Assembly: GCA_951406725.2 (NCBI GenBank) | Contig: OX597814.1 | Span: 201,810,001 to 201,874,000 of the forward strand | DNA: 64,000 bases | Origin: Octopus vulgaris | Taxonomy: Eukaryota | Direction: 5' to 3' | Part shown: piece by piece, positions 37,498 through 52,208 of the stretch | Layout of the letters: each line of letters starts with the position of its first letter | Numbering within the stretch: the stretch's first letter is position 1 | Position numbers and translations under genes: made by a program | Notes under the pieces: model-generated | Database searches by the model: none | The model's input: the letters and a program-made list of their open reading frames with translations, nothing else | Told to the model about the DNA's origin: nothing

Positions 37498-38355
37498 CGA
37501 GGTCTGATCGATAAGTATCCGGACTGTTGCCATAGTAACGAAGCTAAAGCATGCAGAGTAAAGCCACTTGGCACAGATTGACCTTGACCTCTGTTGTACA
37601 TGTGCAATAAGTTTTAACATACTAGCTCACTTCTGCTGTTTACAGCAATGCTCGGAAGGAAGGTGTGTAGTGTGTGATCATTGTATTGACCATGACTGAG
37701 AAAGTTGTCATGGTGATATCTGCTCAGATGCCAGTGCAAAGTTGCAGAAAGTGTATAAAGAGGAGTGTATGAGCTACACACAAGTGAACAAGTGGTTCAG
37801 ACGTTTCCAGGATGGCCAAAAAATGTCGATATTGATGAACATTCTGGGAGACTTGCAACCAGAAGAATTGAAAAAAACATCGGAGATATGTGTAAAGCTG
37901 TGAGGGGAAATTGTCAAATCACCATCCGTGAGTTATCAGAGAATGTGCAGACTAGTTACGGTTCAGTTCAGTCTATTATCACTGAAGATTCGAGTATGAG
38001 ATGCGTGACTGCCAAGTTTGTACAAAAACTGCTTTCAGTTGACCAAAAAGACACAAGGTCTCCTTAAATGTGTCAAGAACGATGAAAACTTTTGAAAACT
38101 TTGTGTAGGCCTCTGTGCAGGTATCACAAAACATTTGTCAAAATTTGATGCAGATTCTCTACTCAACTTTTTCTGTCATGGTCAATGCGATGAACACACG
38201 CTACACATGTTACTTCCAAGCACTGATGTAAACAACAGAAGTGAGATAGAACATTAAAACTTAGTTCAAGATCAATCTGAACCAAGCGGCTTCACTGACC
38301 ATGCTTTAACTTTGTTACCATGGCAACAGTTCGGATACTTAATGATCAGACCACG
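37498..38355. mobile_element. Non-autonomous mariner derivative with long TIRs (copy 2)
   Basis: TA|cgaggtctgatcgataagtatccg…cggatacttaatgatcagaccacg|TA; same internal layout as 15904-16798. Confidence 0.9.
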
Positions 38356-38539
38356 TATTCACACACACCTTCACCCATTCGCTATCCCTCACCTTTCCAT
38401 GCTATCTTGCAACCTCTACCCCCCCCCCACCATACCACACGTCTACTCACCTCATACTTTGCAGTGCCACCTAGACTCCTCGTCACCCCTATTCTTATTT
38501 CTTCCCTGTTCCGCCTGAATCACTTGCCTCTCCACACAG

Positions 38540-39578
38540 CAGTGATTCTCAATAAGGCCCCAAATGACTCCTGGGGGTCCATGCAAGACTTTTAGGTATC
38601 CACGTAAGCAACATAGTAAACTGGGGACCTACAGGTGTATTTTAAGGGTCCATAAAAAATGTTACCTTGGATGTATTTTACTGCAAGAAACAGCTGCATT
38701 TCTTTCTTTGACGCTTTATATAGTTCAACCTACGCAAGATAATTTGTGAAAAAGAGGTATTTTGAAAGCAATATCTATAAAACTAGTTTTCAAAGATCAA
38801 ATGGCTACAGTGGGTGGGGTCCACCAGAATGGAATAGAAAGCAGAGGAATTCATCATCATCATCATCATTGTTGTTTAATGTCCCCTTTCCATGTTGGCA
38901 TGGGTTGGATGGTTTGACTGAGGATTGGCAAGCCAGAAGGCTGCACCCGGCTCCAATCTGATCTGGCAAAGTTTCTACAACTGGATACCCTTCCTAGCAC
39001 CAACCACTCTGAGAGTGTAGTGGGTGCTATTACATGCCACCGGCATGAGGGCCAGTCAGGCAGCACTGGCAACGACCATGCTCAGAAGGTGTTTTTTTAT
39101 GTGCCACCTGCATGGGAGCCAGTCCGGTGGCACTGGCAATGACCGCACTCAAGTGTTTTTCATGTGCCAGTAAGGCAACACTGGCAATGATCACCCTCGA
39201 ATGGCGCATTTTATATCCCACTGGCACGAGTGCCAATCAGGCGGTACTGTCATCGGCCACATCAGCAATTTTGATTTCACTTGCCTCAACAGGCCTTCGC
39301 AAGCAAAGTTTATTGTCCAATGAATGAAGGGTACTCATAAGTGGGCTAGTTATATACCACCGGCATAGGCCGTGGGTTATAGTCTCACTTGGCTTGTTGG
39401 GTCTTCTCAAGCACAGCATACCTCCAAAGGACTCGATCACTAGTCATTGCCTCAGTAAGGCCCAATGTTTGAAGGTCGTGCTTCACTACCTCATTCCAGG
39501 TCTTCCTGGGTCTACCTCTTCCACAGGTTCCCTCAACTGCTAGGGTGTGACACTTTAAAAAATGGTTGAGAAACAATG
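38540..39578. mobile_element. hAT/Charlie-like MITE carrying an RTE insertion (38851-39555, minus)
   Basis: cagtgattctcaa…ttgagaaacaatg termini; RTE piece encodes GTCGRGRPRKTWNEVVKHDL. Confidence 0.55.
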
Positions 39579-40081
39579 CTTTACAGCAAGAAACCTGTTT
39601 TGTTTTAATCCCTCCTTTCAGCCCTTCATCTCCATCCAGTAAACTCTATTTGCAAGGCATTACTCAACCAAGACCTATAGCAGGAGACATTTGTGCAAAG
39701 TGCCAGAGCATAGGATTGAACACAGAACCATGTGGTTAGGACGCATATGGCTTTTACCACACAACCACGCCTGTGTCTATTGATCATAATATACCTCTTA
39801 ACCATTGTAGAGCAATAATAATCTAAAGACAGTCTTTTCCCCTTTTCCTTCCTTGTCTTATTCGTTTCTCTCCTTCTTTCCTCTTTGGACTCATTCTCAT
39901 AGCATTTCTCTATTTGTTCTCTCGCATAATAAACTCATAAACCATCAGAAAACAAAAAAAAAAAATTGCAGAGCAAAGAATCAACAGACACAGCCATAAA
40001 GATCTCGGACAACAGACAATGACACACACACACACACACTCTCTTTCTCTCTTTCTGTCTCTCACTTTCTCTCTTTTTCTT

Positions 40082-40446
<365 letters not shown>

Positions 40447-41284
40447 ACTCTTTCTTTCTCTCTCTCGCTTTCTCTCTTTTTCTTTATCGATCTATCTCTT
40501 TCTCTCTCTCTCTCTTTCAGTCTTTTCTCTCACACAGAATCTTTCCTCTCTCTCGCTATCTTTCTATCTCTCTCTCTTGCCCTTTCTCTCTCTTCCAATA
40601 TTTTTCTCTCACTCACAATCATTCCTCCCTCTCTCTCTCACTCGCCCCTCTTTCTATCTCTCCACCCTCTTACCCCCTCCCTGTATATTCCCTCCTCTCT
40701 CTCTCTCTCTTGCATGCTCGCCCCTCTTTCTATCTCTCCACTCTCTGACCCTCTCTCTGTATATTCCTCTCTCTCTCTCCTCCCTGCTCTTTCACTTCTC
40801 TCCTTTCCTCTCTCTCCCTCCCTCTTTCCCCCTCACCATTTCCATCACTCTCTTCCTTCCTTCCTTCCTTCCTTCCTTCTCTCTCTCTCTCTCTCTCCCT
40901 TTTGTCTCAATGACAAATGAATCCCTCCTCCTTATAATACTTACAGACAATATACATTTCACAGATAAACCAAGAAAAGAAGAAAAAAACAACAATAAAG
41001 AAAACATAATAAACAGAATAGATAAACAGACAAAAAAAAAACGTCATTGAAAGAAACGTTATGAAGAAATTCTGCCATCCACCCAAGGAACACTTTCGCT
41101 TCACAGAATAGTTCCTTCAGATTAAAGAGAGAGATATTGGTTTTGTTGTAATATTTATGAACTTCACAATTCACTTTCAATGGTGCCAATGTAAACGGAG
41201 GGAAGCAGAGAGCAATAACGCAATAATTAGCAATAGAAAATCAATTTTTATAACTCGAGACCAGTTCATTTATGGATGTGTTAT

Positions 41285-41316
<32 letters not shown>

Positions 41317-41374
41317 GCACTGTATACACATACCTGTGTGTGAGTATATGTATGTTTGTATGCATTTGCATATA

Positions 41375-41511
<137 letters not shown>

Positions 41512-41800
41512 CATATATATATATATATATATATATCTATACATATATATATATATATTTATATATATATATATATATATATATTATACATATATATATA
41601 TATATTTATACATATATATATATATACACATATACTCACACACACACTGTGTATGCATACTTGTGTGTGTGTGTGTGTGTGTGTGTGAGTGTACATGTGT
41701 TTGTGTGTATCGGCATCTGCATGTGTGTATATATATAGAGAGAGATAGATAGATAGATAGATAGCTGGATACATAGATATACACCCTGACATATATATAC

Positions 41801-42120
41801 ATCATCATCATCATTTAATGTCTGTTGTCTCCACGCTGGCATGGGTTGGACAGTATGTCTGGGCTGGTACACTGGAAGGCTGCGTCAGGATCCACTCTGA
41901 TTTGGCATAGTTTTCTACAGCTGGATGCCCTACCTAACACCAACCACTCTGAGAGTGTAATGGGTGTTTTTACATGCTGCCAGCACAGGTGCCATTTGTG
42001 TGACACCAGTATCTACCACGATTGTGATTTTGCTTGGCTTGATGGGTCTTCTTCACAAGCAGAACATAATGCCAAAGGTCTTGGTCATTGCCTCCAGTGG
42101 GCCCAACACTCAAAAGGAAC
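41801..42120 (-). mobile_element. RTE 3'-UTR fragment (subfamily of 2946-4489)
   Basis: Matches 4165-4489. Confidence 0.9.
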
Positions 42121-42740
42121 TTTTTAGGCGACAATAAGCATATGCGGTATATGTGTTAGCTTTTATAAAAATAAACAGAAGAAACGATAATGTGCTTTAT
42201 AAACAGCGCAAAGGTTGAAAACTTCTTTATTGTTGTACATAAAGAATATGAAACATGCATTCAACACAAACGCATGACATTAAACTCAATAAACTCACAC
42301 TACACACTCAGGTGTATCGGCTTCTGTACTTAACAGTCGTTTTACTTTTTCTAGACGGACACAAAGTGTATTTAAATCATTACTAGACATTAAAGTTCTT
42401 ACCATTGTGCATTTCAAACGCGATTCTTGGGTAAAAAGGTGAGTCAATATTAGATAGCACAAATTTATACTCTTTGAAAGACACACGTACCTCGTGAAGG
42501 CCACTATGCTATTAGTGGTGGGCAATTGTGGGGAATTATGTTACTCCCCCCTGCCACCGTCAACCCAACGACGACGACGACTACCACCACCACCACCATG
42601 AAAGACGACCACTGCCGGTCTTTTAAGTGGAATTGTGTGAATGAGTGACTTTAGTATAGTAGGAGTCATAACTGAATCTCTGGATGACTAGCTCTCACAG
42701 AAATTATCTATATACATTAATGAATATATATAAACACACA

Positions 42741-42781
<41 letters not shown>

Positions 42782-42874
42782 AAAGAAAAAGGTGTTCAGA
42801 ATGCTGGATGGTTGTATATAAAAAAATATAAGTATATTTATTTACATATCACATATTATTTCTTCAAATCACAT

Positions 42875-42915
42875 ATTTTAGCGCTTTCAAGTACTACCGT
42901 AGTTTCATCAGAAAT
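42875..42915 (-). ncRNA. Minimal type I hammerhead ribozyme motif
   Basis: attt-CTGATGA-a-acta/tagt…GAAA-gcgc-TA-aaat; palindromic stem III agcgct; stem II register imperfect. Confidence 0.5.
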
Positions 42916-43084
42916 GTCAGTTTACAGAGTTTTGCCTGTTTTTATATTATTGGTGAATGAAGTGGGGAGAGAGAGTGTGTGTAATTATATTACTCCCCTG
43001 CCCACAGCCACCCCAATGACAGTCTGATCTGAATCAGATCATCATTGGGGTGACAGTATATTAAGTATATCTAAGTGGAAAAAA

Positions 43085-43313
43085 GGCGGTGAGCTGGCAG
43101 AACCGTTAGCACACCGGGCGAAATGCGTAGCTGTATTTCGTCTGCCGTTACGTTCTGAGTTCAAATTCCGCCGAGGTCAACTTTGCCCTTCTTCCTTTCG
43201 GGGTCGATAAATTAAGTACTAGTTACGCACTGGGGTCTATATAATCAACTTAATCCGTTTGTCTGTCCTTGTTTGTCCCCTCTATGTTTAGCCCCTTGTG
43301 GGTAATAAAGAAA
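43085..43313 (+). mobile_element. SINE family B
   Basis: Full length; flanking repeat taagtggaaaa at 43072 and 43322. Confidence 0.9.
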
Positions 43314-43989
43314 CATATATTTAAGTGGAAAACTGACATGGCAGTGTTTTCATTCCTGGACAATTGCTCGTCTAAAAGTTATGTACGGTCTTTATACAAA
43401 CTGTTTTAACTAATTCTTCTCTGAACGTTGCGATTCCAAGAAAGCAGTGATTGATGAATAGGTAAGGGGAAAATGTCCGCTGTGGTGAATAAACGTTGGG
43501 AAGTAAATAAGCTGTAGAGTCCCAAGTAAGAAAACACTGTTGAAACTTGATGACAGTATGGCTTGGCAATAGAAAGGCATTCGATTCTGTTCCAATTGTA
43601 TTTGTTGGAGCACCCTGCTGTTGTAGCTGTTGCCACTGTAGAGTTCACAAAGATTTAGTCAACAACTCTCATATTTGTAGCTGAAGGCAAAATAATTTCA
43701 TCGATGTTATAAACGTTTCAAAGGAAATATTCCTAGGCGACAAAATGTCTGTGATTCTGTATATTTTGGTTCGATCCCCACAGTCATTTGTTTAAAAAGA
43801 TTCAATGCAGTTGTGTAAAGTTCTACAACATCGGGAGACAACATTGCTATCTCTTAATTTCTTTGCAGGCGAATTAAAAAAACTATGCAGAAAATATTTA
43901 TTGTGCAGAGAAGCTTATAACTAAAAATAAATCCATTTTCACTCAATGAAGAAATGGAATTTGATCAAAAGAAATGTTAGTATTTAATA

Positions 43990-44255
43990 GCTGCAAATGG
44001 GCCTGCTATTTTCAATGTTATCCCAAAAGAAATTAAAGTAGAAAAAGACCCCACAACTCTCAAACAGTACCTAGACAAATTTCTCCAAGAAATACCAGAT
44101 AAACCACCTACACCTGGATACATCTCAACCAACAACAACTCTCTGCTTGAGTGGTCCATGGTGTACCAAATAATTAACTAAAAGACTTTTGCAGGTGGTG
44201 CTATTGAGTTAGTCATGGCCCGGGCCGATAATGACCGAAACCAATCTAAGTTAGA
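43990..44255 (+). mobile_element. CR1/L2-group LINE 3' end
   Basis: NGPAIFNVIPKEIK…LKQYLDKFLQEIPDKP…GY…NSLLEW. Confidence 0.7.
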
Positions 44256-44281
44256 TTATCTAAGTTATATACATAGGTGTA

Positions 44282-44365
<84 letters not shown>

Positions 44366-44367
44366 CT

Positions 44368-44720
44368 TGTTGTTAGCATCCTTTTTGTCTTGGGAGACAA
44401 TGGAGTTTTGCATAAAATAATCTAGTCCAGCTTTTACATTTCATGTCCTAATACATTTCCTGCTGTGGCTGTGTAGTCCTATCCTGGACAAACACTCCCT
44501 CTGGCAGGTGCCGCAAATGTAGCGATGACTTTGCCTGGCTGGTTGTAATGTCATAGTTTCTTGTTGACGTCTTTTCTTGTCTTTCCATTTCTCCTTTCTC
44601 TCTCTGTCACTCCTTTGTGTTCCCTCTTTTACGGTACGTCGCCAATCCCCACGGTTGCTGGCAACTACTTCCCAGTTGCTAATATTGATGTTGCAGGCCT
44701 TCATGTCCCTTTTGCAAACA
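44368..44720 (-). mobile_element. RTE-BovB-like LINE 3' end
   Basis: WEVVASNRGDWR…CGTCQRECLSRIGLHSHSRKC; 3' stem-loop ttgtct/agacaa and (AAC)n tail. Confidence 0.85.
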
Positions 44721-45469
44721 TTATATTATTATATATGTGTGTGTGTGTGTGTATATATATACATATATATATGCAATGGGCTTCTTTCAGTTTCTGCCTA
44801 CGAAATCCACTCACAAGGCTTTTGTAGGCCTAACACTATCATAGAAGGCACTTTCCCAAGGTGCCATGCAGTGGGACTGAACACAAAACCATATGATTGG
44901 GAAGCAAGTTTTTACCACGCAGCTACACCTGTGCTTGTTTACAGGTCTTGTGGAGCTTTTAGGTGTTTTCATTCAATAAACACTCACAACGCCTGGTCTG
45001 GGAATCGAAACAGCGATCCTACGACTGCAAGTCCGCTGCCCTAACCACTGGGCCATCGCACCTGCACATATTGATAATTCACATGGACGATATACCACAA
45101 ACCTGTGCACCATAAAACCTTCAATGCTGACAAAACATCTGAGACAGATCAGGAACATTATGTGAAAAGACGTAATCAAGTGCATCATTCGTGGAAAAGA
45201 GAGAAAAAAAAGACAGGTTTCTTGGTTAATTTTTCTAATTACAAAGGGTGTGTTCATAATAAATATAATTTTTTCAGTGTTTTAGGGTGGAATTTTTAAA
45301 ATGCAGCTATTATTTATCATAAATTTTTTTTTGCTGTTTAGTGTCAATAATTCAATTAGCTTTCATTTGAAACTCTTAGAAAACAAATGATTGGGACATT
45401 TTTTTAATGTATTTTTTTGGCATTTTGTCACTGTTTTATGTGTCGATTCTGATGTGTTTGTAATATTAA

Positions 45470-46078
45470 TCACCACCACCACTACCACCACCACCACCAC
45501 CACCACCACCATCACCACCACCACCACCACCACTACCACTACCACCACCACCACCACCACCACCACCACTACCACTACCACCACCACCACCACCACCATT
45601 ACCACCACCATTACCATCACCACCAGTGTCGCCGCTGCTGCCACCACCACCACCATCACCACCACCACCACCACCACTACCATCACCATCACTACTACTA
45701 CTACTACTACTACAACCTTCATTATTTCACCTGTCTTTTATTTTTATTACATGCTTTCAAAGCGCAACAGATTGCAGCTATGTGTGCATCGGATACATGT
45801 AAATTATTATTATTATTATTATTGTTATTATTATTATTATTATTGTCGTTGTTGTTGTAGTAGTAGTAGTAGTTATTGATGTTGTTATTATTCTCGTTTT
45901 GTTGCTGTTGTTGTTGTTGGCATATGTGTGTGTGTGTGTGTGCATATGTAGTATGCAAATAAATGCACATATATCTATATGCATACATCTGTTCATAAGT
46001 GCAAACTTTCATACATTCACCCATATATGCATACACACATGCATACATACACACACATGCATACATACATACATACAT

Positions 46079-46117
<39 letters not shown>

Positions 46118-46767
46118 CATACACAAACACATACACATACACACACACACATACATGCATATACATACATACATGCATATATACACACATACATACGTGC
46201 ATATATATACACACATACATACACACACACAATACATACATATATACATTCATATGTACTTACATACACACACACATACATACATACATACACACACATA
46301 CATACATACACACATACATACACACATACATACATACACACACACCTACATACATACATACATACACACACACACATCCATACATACATATACACATGCA
46401 TACATACATACATGCATACATACACACATACATACACACATACATACATACACACATACATACATACATACACGCATGCATACATACATACACACACATA
46501 CATACACATACACACATACACACATACATACATACATACACACATGCATACACACATACATACATACACACACACCTACATACATACATACATACATACA
46601 CACACACACATCCATACATACATACACACATGCATACATACATACATGCATACATACACACATACATACACACATACATACATACATACATACACACACA
46701 CACATACATACATACACACACACATACATACATACACACACATACATACATAAACATATACATACAT

Positions 46768-46800
<33 letters not shown>

Positions 46801-47145
46801 TACATACACACATACATACACACACACATACATACACACATACATACATACATACATACATACATACATACATACACACATACATACACACATACATACA
46901 CACACACATACATACACACATACATACATACATGCATACATACATACATACATACATACACATACATACATACATACATACACGCATGCATATATACATA
47001 CACACACATACATACATACACATACATACATACATACATACACACACACATACATACATACACACATATACATACATACATACATACATACATACATACA
47101 TACATACATACATACATCCATACATTCATATGTACACACACATAT
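45470..47145. repeat. (ACC)n, (TAT)n and ~1.1 kb (CATA/CA)n microsatellites
   Basis: Direct reading; 230-bp internal duplication marked by cacacctaca at 46341 and 46571. Confidence 0.95.
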
Positions 47146-47689
47146 GTGTTCCTTAAACTATTTTCATGCTTCAGTGTTGTACATTTACTAAACTTTTCCT
47201 ATATTTTTAACATCAGGGTACATTAGTACCTATTGATGATTAAAATTGTAGTAAAAGAATTTTAAACACGATAGAACAAGACGGCTGGGAGATATAAAAT
47301 CTAAGATCAAAAGACAGACACAAACGAATAAATACGTTCATATTCCCATAAAAAAAAAACCTTTTTTTTCATTTCTATTTATTTTCTGTTTGACTTTATG
47401 TTATCTTTTCTGAAAATTGAATTGCAGAGAATCAAAAGTATCGACTGGTATTTGCAGGAGAGACAAGAGACGAGAGACGAGAGACGAGAGACGAGAGACG
47501 AGAGATGAGAGATGAGAGAGGGTTATATTTTAGTGAAGAACATTTAATGCAAATAGGAGATGTCTGGCAGATGAGAAAAAACAAAAACAGAATGTGAAGA
47601 GAGCTCCAGGAGAAAGCTATCAATTTAAGGGGTAAATGAAGAAATCAATGGTAAAAAGAAGAGATTGTCAGGGATGGAGAGAGATTATT

Positions 47690-47840
47690 TATTTACATTA
47701 CTTACATTGGACAGATATTTGTCCTCATCCTGCTTGTTGTTAACCCGTTTTGGCTGATGTATTCTCAAGCCTTCATCAGGTGTCCTGGGAAAATTTCAAA
47801 CCTGGGTTCTCATTCCGAAGGTATTTTTCTGATGTTATTG
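47690..47840 (-). mobile_element. Degenerate arm of the HHR Penelope-type element
   Basis: gatatttgtcctcatc…ccttcatcaggtgtcc…ggtatttttc; terminal remnant aaatatagaactgt near 48324. Confidence 0.75.
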
Positions 47841-47859
47841 TCATTAAAAAAATGATAAA

Positions 47860-48161
47860 CGTCACCCTTTTCAAGCCTAGCCAGGCTCATGGGCCTGGTT
47901 TCCCAGTTTCTGTGGCATATGTGTTCCCCTCAGCCAACGGGATGCCAGTTCATCACAGCATTGCTCAAGAAACAAGAAGAGAGAGTGAGAGAAAGTTGTG
48001 GCGAAAGAGTACAACAGGGGTCGCCACTACCCCCTGCCGGAGCCTCATGGAGCTTTAAGGTGTTTTCACTCAATAAACACACACAACACCTAATTTAGGA
48101 ATCGAAACCGCGTTCCTCCGACCCGAGTCCACTGCCCTAACCACTGGGCTATTGCACCTCC
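47860..48161 (-). mobile_element. tRNA(Arg)-like SINE family C
   Basis: Head ggaggtgcaatagcccagtggttagggcagtggactcgggtc…gtttcgattcc; other copies 44945-45062 and 56581-56890. Confidence 0.8.
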
Positions 48162-48404
48162 TGTTATTATTATTATCATTTTAACTTCATCCCACAGGGG
48201 GAGGTGGTCTCTGTTTTACCACACATGATCAGCGAACCCAATTTATCAATATCTCCTCATGTCACAGCTTTAAGATGTTGCTCTATTTTAAGGGGGCAGT
48301 ATGTTTTGCCTTTCACACCTCTCAAATATAGAACTGTGGATGGAGAGAGGTTTAAGATAAAACTATAAAACAAAGGAAATCAGGCTGCATTAGCTTTGAT
48401 GTTG

Positions 48405-49352
48405 CGGAGACAAGTGGCTTAGTGGTCAGGCTGCTAGGCTCATGATCACAAGATTCATCATCATCATCATCATCGTTTAATGTCTGTTTTTCATGCTGGC
48501 ATGGGTTTGACGGTTTGACTGGGGACTGGCAAGCCAGGAGGCCACACCAGGCTCCAGTTTGATCTGGCAATGTTTCTACAGCTGGATGCCCTTCCTAACG
48601 CCAACCACCACGTGAGCATAGTGGGCACTTTTTATGTGTCACCAGTAGGGGAGCCAGTCAGGCAGCACCAGCATCAGCCCCATTTGGATGGTGCTTTTTA
48701 TGTGCTACCAGCACAGAAGCCAGTCAGGGAGGGGAGGCTGGCATCAACCACGTTTGGATGGTGCTTTTTACATGCTGCCAGCATGGGAGCCAGTCAGGTG
48801 GCACTGGCATCGGCCACATTCGAATGGTGCCTTTTACATGTTACTGGCCACAGGAGCCAGTCAGGACAGGGTGGGGGGTCTGGCTGGCATTGACCAAGTT
48901 CGGATAGTGCTTTTTACTTGCCACTGGCATGGGGAGCCAGTCAGGTGGCACTGGCAACGACACATACATGAATGGTGTTTATTGCGTGCCACCAGCATGA
49001 GAGCCAGTCAAGCAGCTCTGGCATCGGCCACAACTACAATTTTCATTTTTGATTGTGATTTGATTTTTGATTTTGATTTTACTTGACTCAATAAGTTTCC
49101 TCAAGCAAAGCGTATCACTTGATGATTCAACCGTACTTTTTAAATGGGCTGGTTATGCGACACTGGTATTGGCCTTGGCTGTGATCTCACTTTACTTGCT
49201 GGGTCTTCTCAATCACAGCATATCTCCAGAGGTCCCAGTTTCTTGTCATCGCCTCTGTGGTTTCAAACTCCTGGACCAGACAATGCATTGTGGTCTTGAG
49301 CAAAGCACCACATTTCATGCCGTTCCTGTTCATTCAGCTGCTAAAAATGGGT
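48405..49352. mobile_element. V-domain-like SINE (plus) split by a long RTE 3' fragment (48456-49257, minus)
   Basis: Head gtggcttagtggtcagg…cacaagatt resumes as gtggtttcaaactcc…cttgagcaaagcac…cagctgctaaaaatgggta. Confidence 0.65.
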
Positions 49353-50068
49353 AAATGAGTAAAGTTTGTAAAGAGATGGAAGGAAGTCATAGATTATCAG
49401 GGAAAGTACATGTGGTATTTCTGCTGCAGTTGTGATACACCTGTACAATGTTGGTTCGGTTCATATTGAAATACTTGATGTTTCTCTTAGAATTCTGCCA
49501 AAATAACAGTTCCTAACCATTTCCAAGAATTCTAGCTTTATGCCAGTTAATCCCAGACTTGTCACATGTTCATGTATTCTTTAAGTTTTCCTTTTATTTG
49601 TTCTATTTTAGAAGAAAATTAAGGTGTATTCAATATTTCTCTAAACATGAGTTCAAATCCCACCAGGGTCAACTTTATCTTTCATCCTTTCTGGGTTGAT
49701 TAAATAAGTACCAGTTGAGCACCGTGGTCGATGCAGTTGACTTACCCAGTCCCCTCAAATTGCTGGCCTTGTGTCAAAATTCAAATTCAATATTTCTTTA
49801 AAAAGATTTTTTATTTGTTGAGTGTAGAAGAAGATGTAATACCCATGATCTTTGTAGGTACTCTGGAACCAGTGAGGCTGAATGATGCTGTAAAGGTTTC
49901 ATTTAAACTACTGCAAGTTGACACCTGCAAGAAACACTTGAGCAGGAGGAAAGAAGATACCAGAGGGCCAAAAACTGAGCCAAAGATTATTTGCCAAAAT
50001 AACATCGCATTCCTGGTTTAGGACGAATGTTGCTGTAAATCTCTCTTTGAGAGATTTACAAATAGCTG

Positions 50069-50536
50069 TTACATTTTGATATCAACCTGGCTGAAACCAC
50101 TTCTGGTTCAGTAGCACAAATGTCTTGTTTTCAAAAGTTCTGAATTAAAATCTTTCACCAAACTTTAGTCACAATTTATGTTCCTAATGCTAGCTTAATG
50201 ATAACTAAGTTATTTTAATAAATTCTTTGTTATATTTAAAGTAATTGGAAGAAACACAGAGCATCTCAACAGAAATATGGTAACAAAAGGGTTAACAAAT
50301 GATTAATTTAACCCTTTTCATACCAACCTGGCTGAAATCACCTCTGGCTCTGTAGCACAAATGTCTTGTTTTCAAAGTTCTCAATTAAAATCTTCCACCA
50401 AACCTTAGTCACAATTTACGTTCCCAACACCAGCTTAATGATAACTGAGTTATTTTACTAAATTCTTTGTTATATTTAGAATTAATTGGAAGTAACACAG
50501 AACATCTCAACAGAAATATGGTAACAAAAGGGTTAA
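50069..50536. mobile_element. Two tandem TTAA-type (piggyBac-like) MITEs, ~221 bp each
   Basis: TTAA|cccttttcatacca…tggtaacaaaaggg|TTAA at 50312-50532; similar copy ending 50291. Confidence 0.85.
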
Positions 50537-50781
50537 TATCAGAGTTTTCAGTGACAGGTGCTTGTACAACATAAATGCCATTCTCTAATTATCAACTACC
50601 ATGTTCCAAGGACAGATAAAGAGCGAGATGACTAGGCTTTGCCAAATAAAACAGTTCACAAGACAATAACAGGAGTGAGGATGGCTTAAAATTTAGAGGT
50701 TTTCTGAAAGGATATTTTGGTGTGAACTCTTGGTTCACCACTCTCAAGTGGTCTTAAAGTATGCTTGTTCATCATCTTGAA

Positions 50782-51290
50782 TCATCATCATCATCATCAT
50801 CATCGTTTAACGTCCGTTTTCCATGCTAGCATGGGTTGGACGGTTTGACCAGAGTCTGGGAAGCCAGGAGGCTGCACCAGACTCTAGTCTGATCTGGCGC
50901 TGTTTCTACAGCTGGATGCCCTTCCTAACACCAACCACTCCATGAGTGTAGTGGGCACTTTTTACATGCCACCAGCACGGAAACCAGTCACATTGGTCAC
51001 ATTCAGATGCTGCTTTTTACGTGCCACTGGCACGGGTATCACAACTACAATTTCCATTTGATTTTTGTATTTTAATGTTGATGTACTTGACTCAGTAGGT
51101 CTCCTCAGGCACAGCAGGTCACCCTACGATCCATGGTAAGCACAACAGGTCGTCCTACGATCCAAGGTACTTTGAATCGGCTGGGGCTGGTTATGGGAAA
51201 CTGGTGTAGGATACGCCGTGGACTCAGTTTATTTGTCGGGTCTTCACAGTCACAGCCTCCAGAGGTCTTGGTCTTTCGTCATTGCTTCAC
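50782..51290 (-). mobile_element. RTE 3'-UTR fragment
   Basis: Family terminus. Confidence 0.9.
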
Positions 51291-51574
51291 CTCTTCAATT
51301 TGTTGCTCAGTAGTTCTTGACTCTATACCGGGTTTCTCCACCATTTAACAGGTCTTGTATTTCTCCTGCTGGGTCCCTAGCACAGTGGATGAGCTGGTTA
51401 AGTTGACAATGACCTAGCCATGAGATCAGATCATCCTTCTTTAGTGTCATGTCTGAGAGTATCCCAGCTTAGTATCATACAAGACACCTGAATGGGGTGG
51501 TTATACCTGATTATATCTTACCTGTGGAACTCATTTGTGGCTGGGCAGACATAATCACCTTTCTTTATCTTGTG

Positions 51575-51942
51575 CCTTTCACTTGTTTAAGTCATTAGAC
51601 TGTGGCCATGCTGGGGCAACACCTTGAAGTTTTATAGTCAAACAAACCGCTGAGTACTTATCTTATTTCTTTTTCTAAATCCTGGTACTTATTCTGTCAG
51701 TCTCTTTTGCCAAACCACTAAGTTACAAGGATGTAAATACACCAAAATGGGTTGTCAAGCAGTGGTGGGAGGCAAACACACTCACACACATTCACACACA
51801 CACATGCACACTCACACACATAAGATGGGCTTCTTTCAGTTTCCAGCTACTAAACACACCCACAAGGTGCCAAAGCGTGGGACTGAACTTGAAACCATGT
51901 GGTTAGGAAGCAAACTTCTCACTATACACCCACGTTTGTGCC
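51575..51942 (-). mobile_element. SINE family A (diverged)
   Basis: Both halves recognisable. Confidence 0.8.
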
Positions 51943-52075
51943 TATACATACATATATACATACATATATATGTTTTTGAGTGGGTATATATACATGTACA
52001 CACACACAGAGGACAGTTAAAATACTAGAAAAGAAACAAAAGAATGATCTCAGCTTATACTTTTTTCTGTCTTAG

Positions 52076-52208
52076 GTTGGCTTTCATGAAATTGGAATGT
52101 AAACATGACAACTTAAAATAACATTTCATAAAGAATTCAATAGAGGAAAATAAAGTCAAGTGTGCAAATGTGCCTAAGAGAAATATAGTTTAATAGTTAC
52201 ATTTTCAG
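52076..52208 (+). other. Candidate non-coding exon
   Basis: ttttttctgtcttAG| acceptor and CAG|GTAAGT donor 133 bp apart; stops in all three frames. Confidence 0.3.

Noticed and set aside
43330-43800. Possible Tc1/mariner catalytic remnant (QQQGAP)
   Set aside because: Single weak motif, no TIRs seen.
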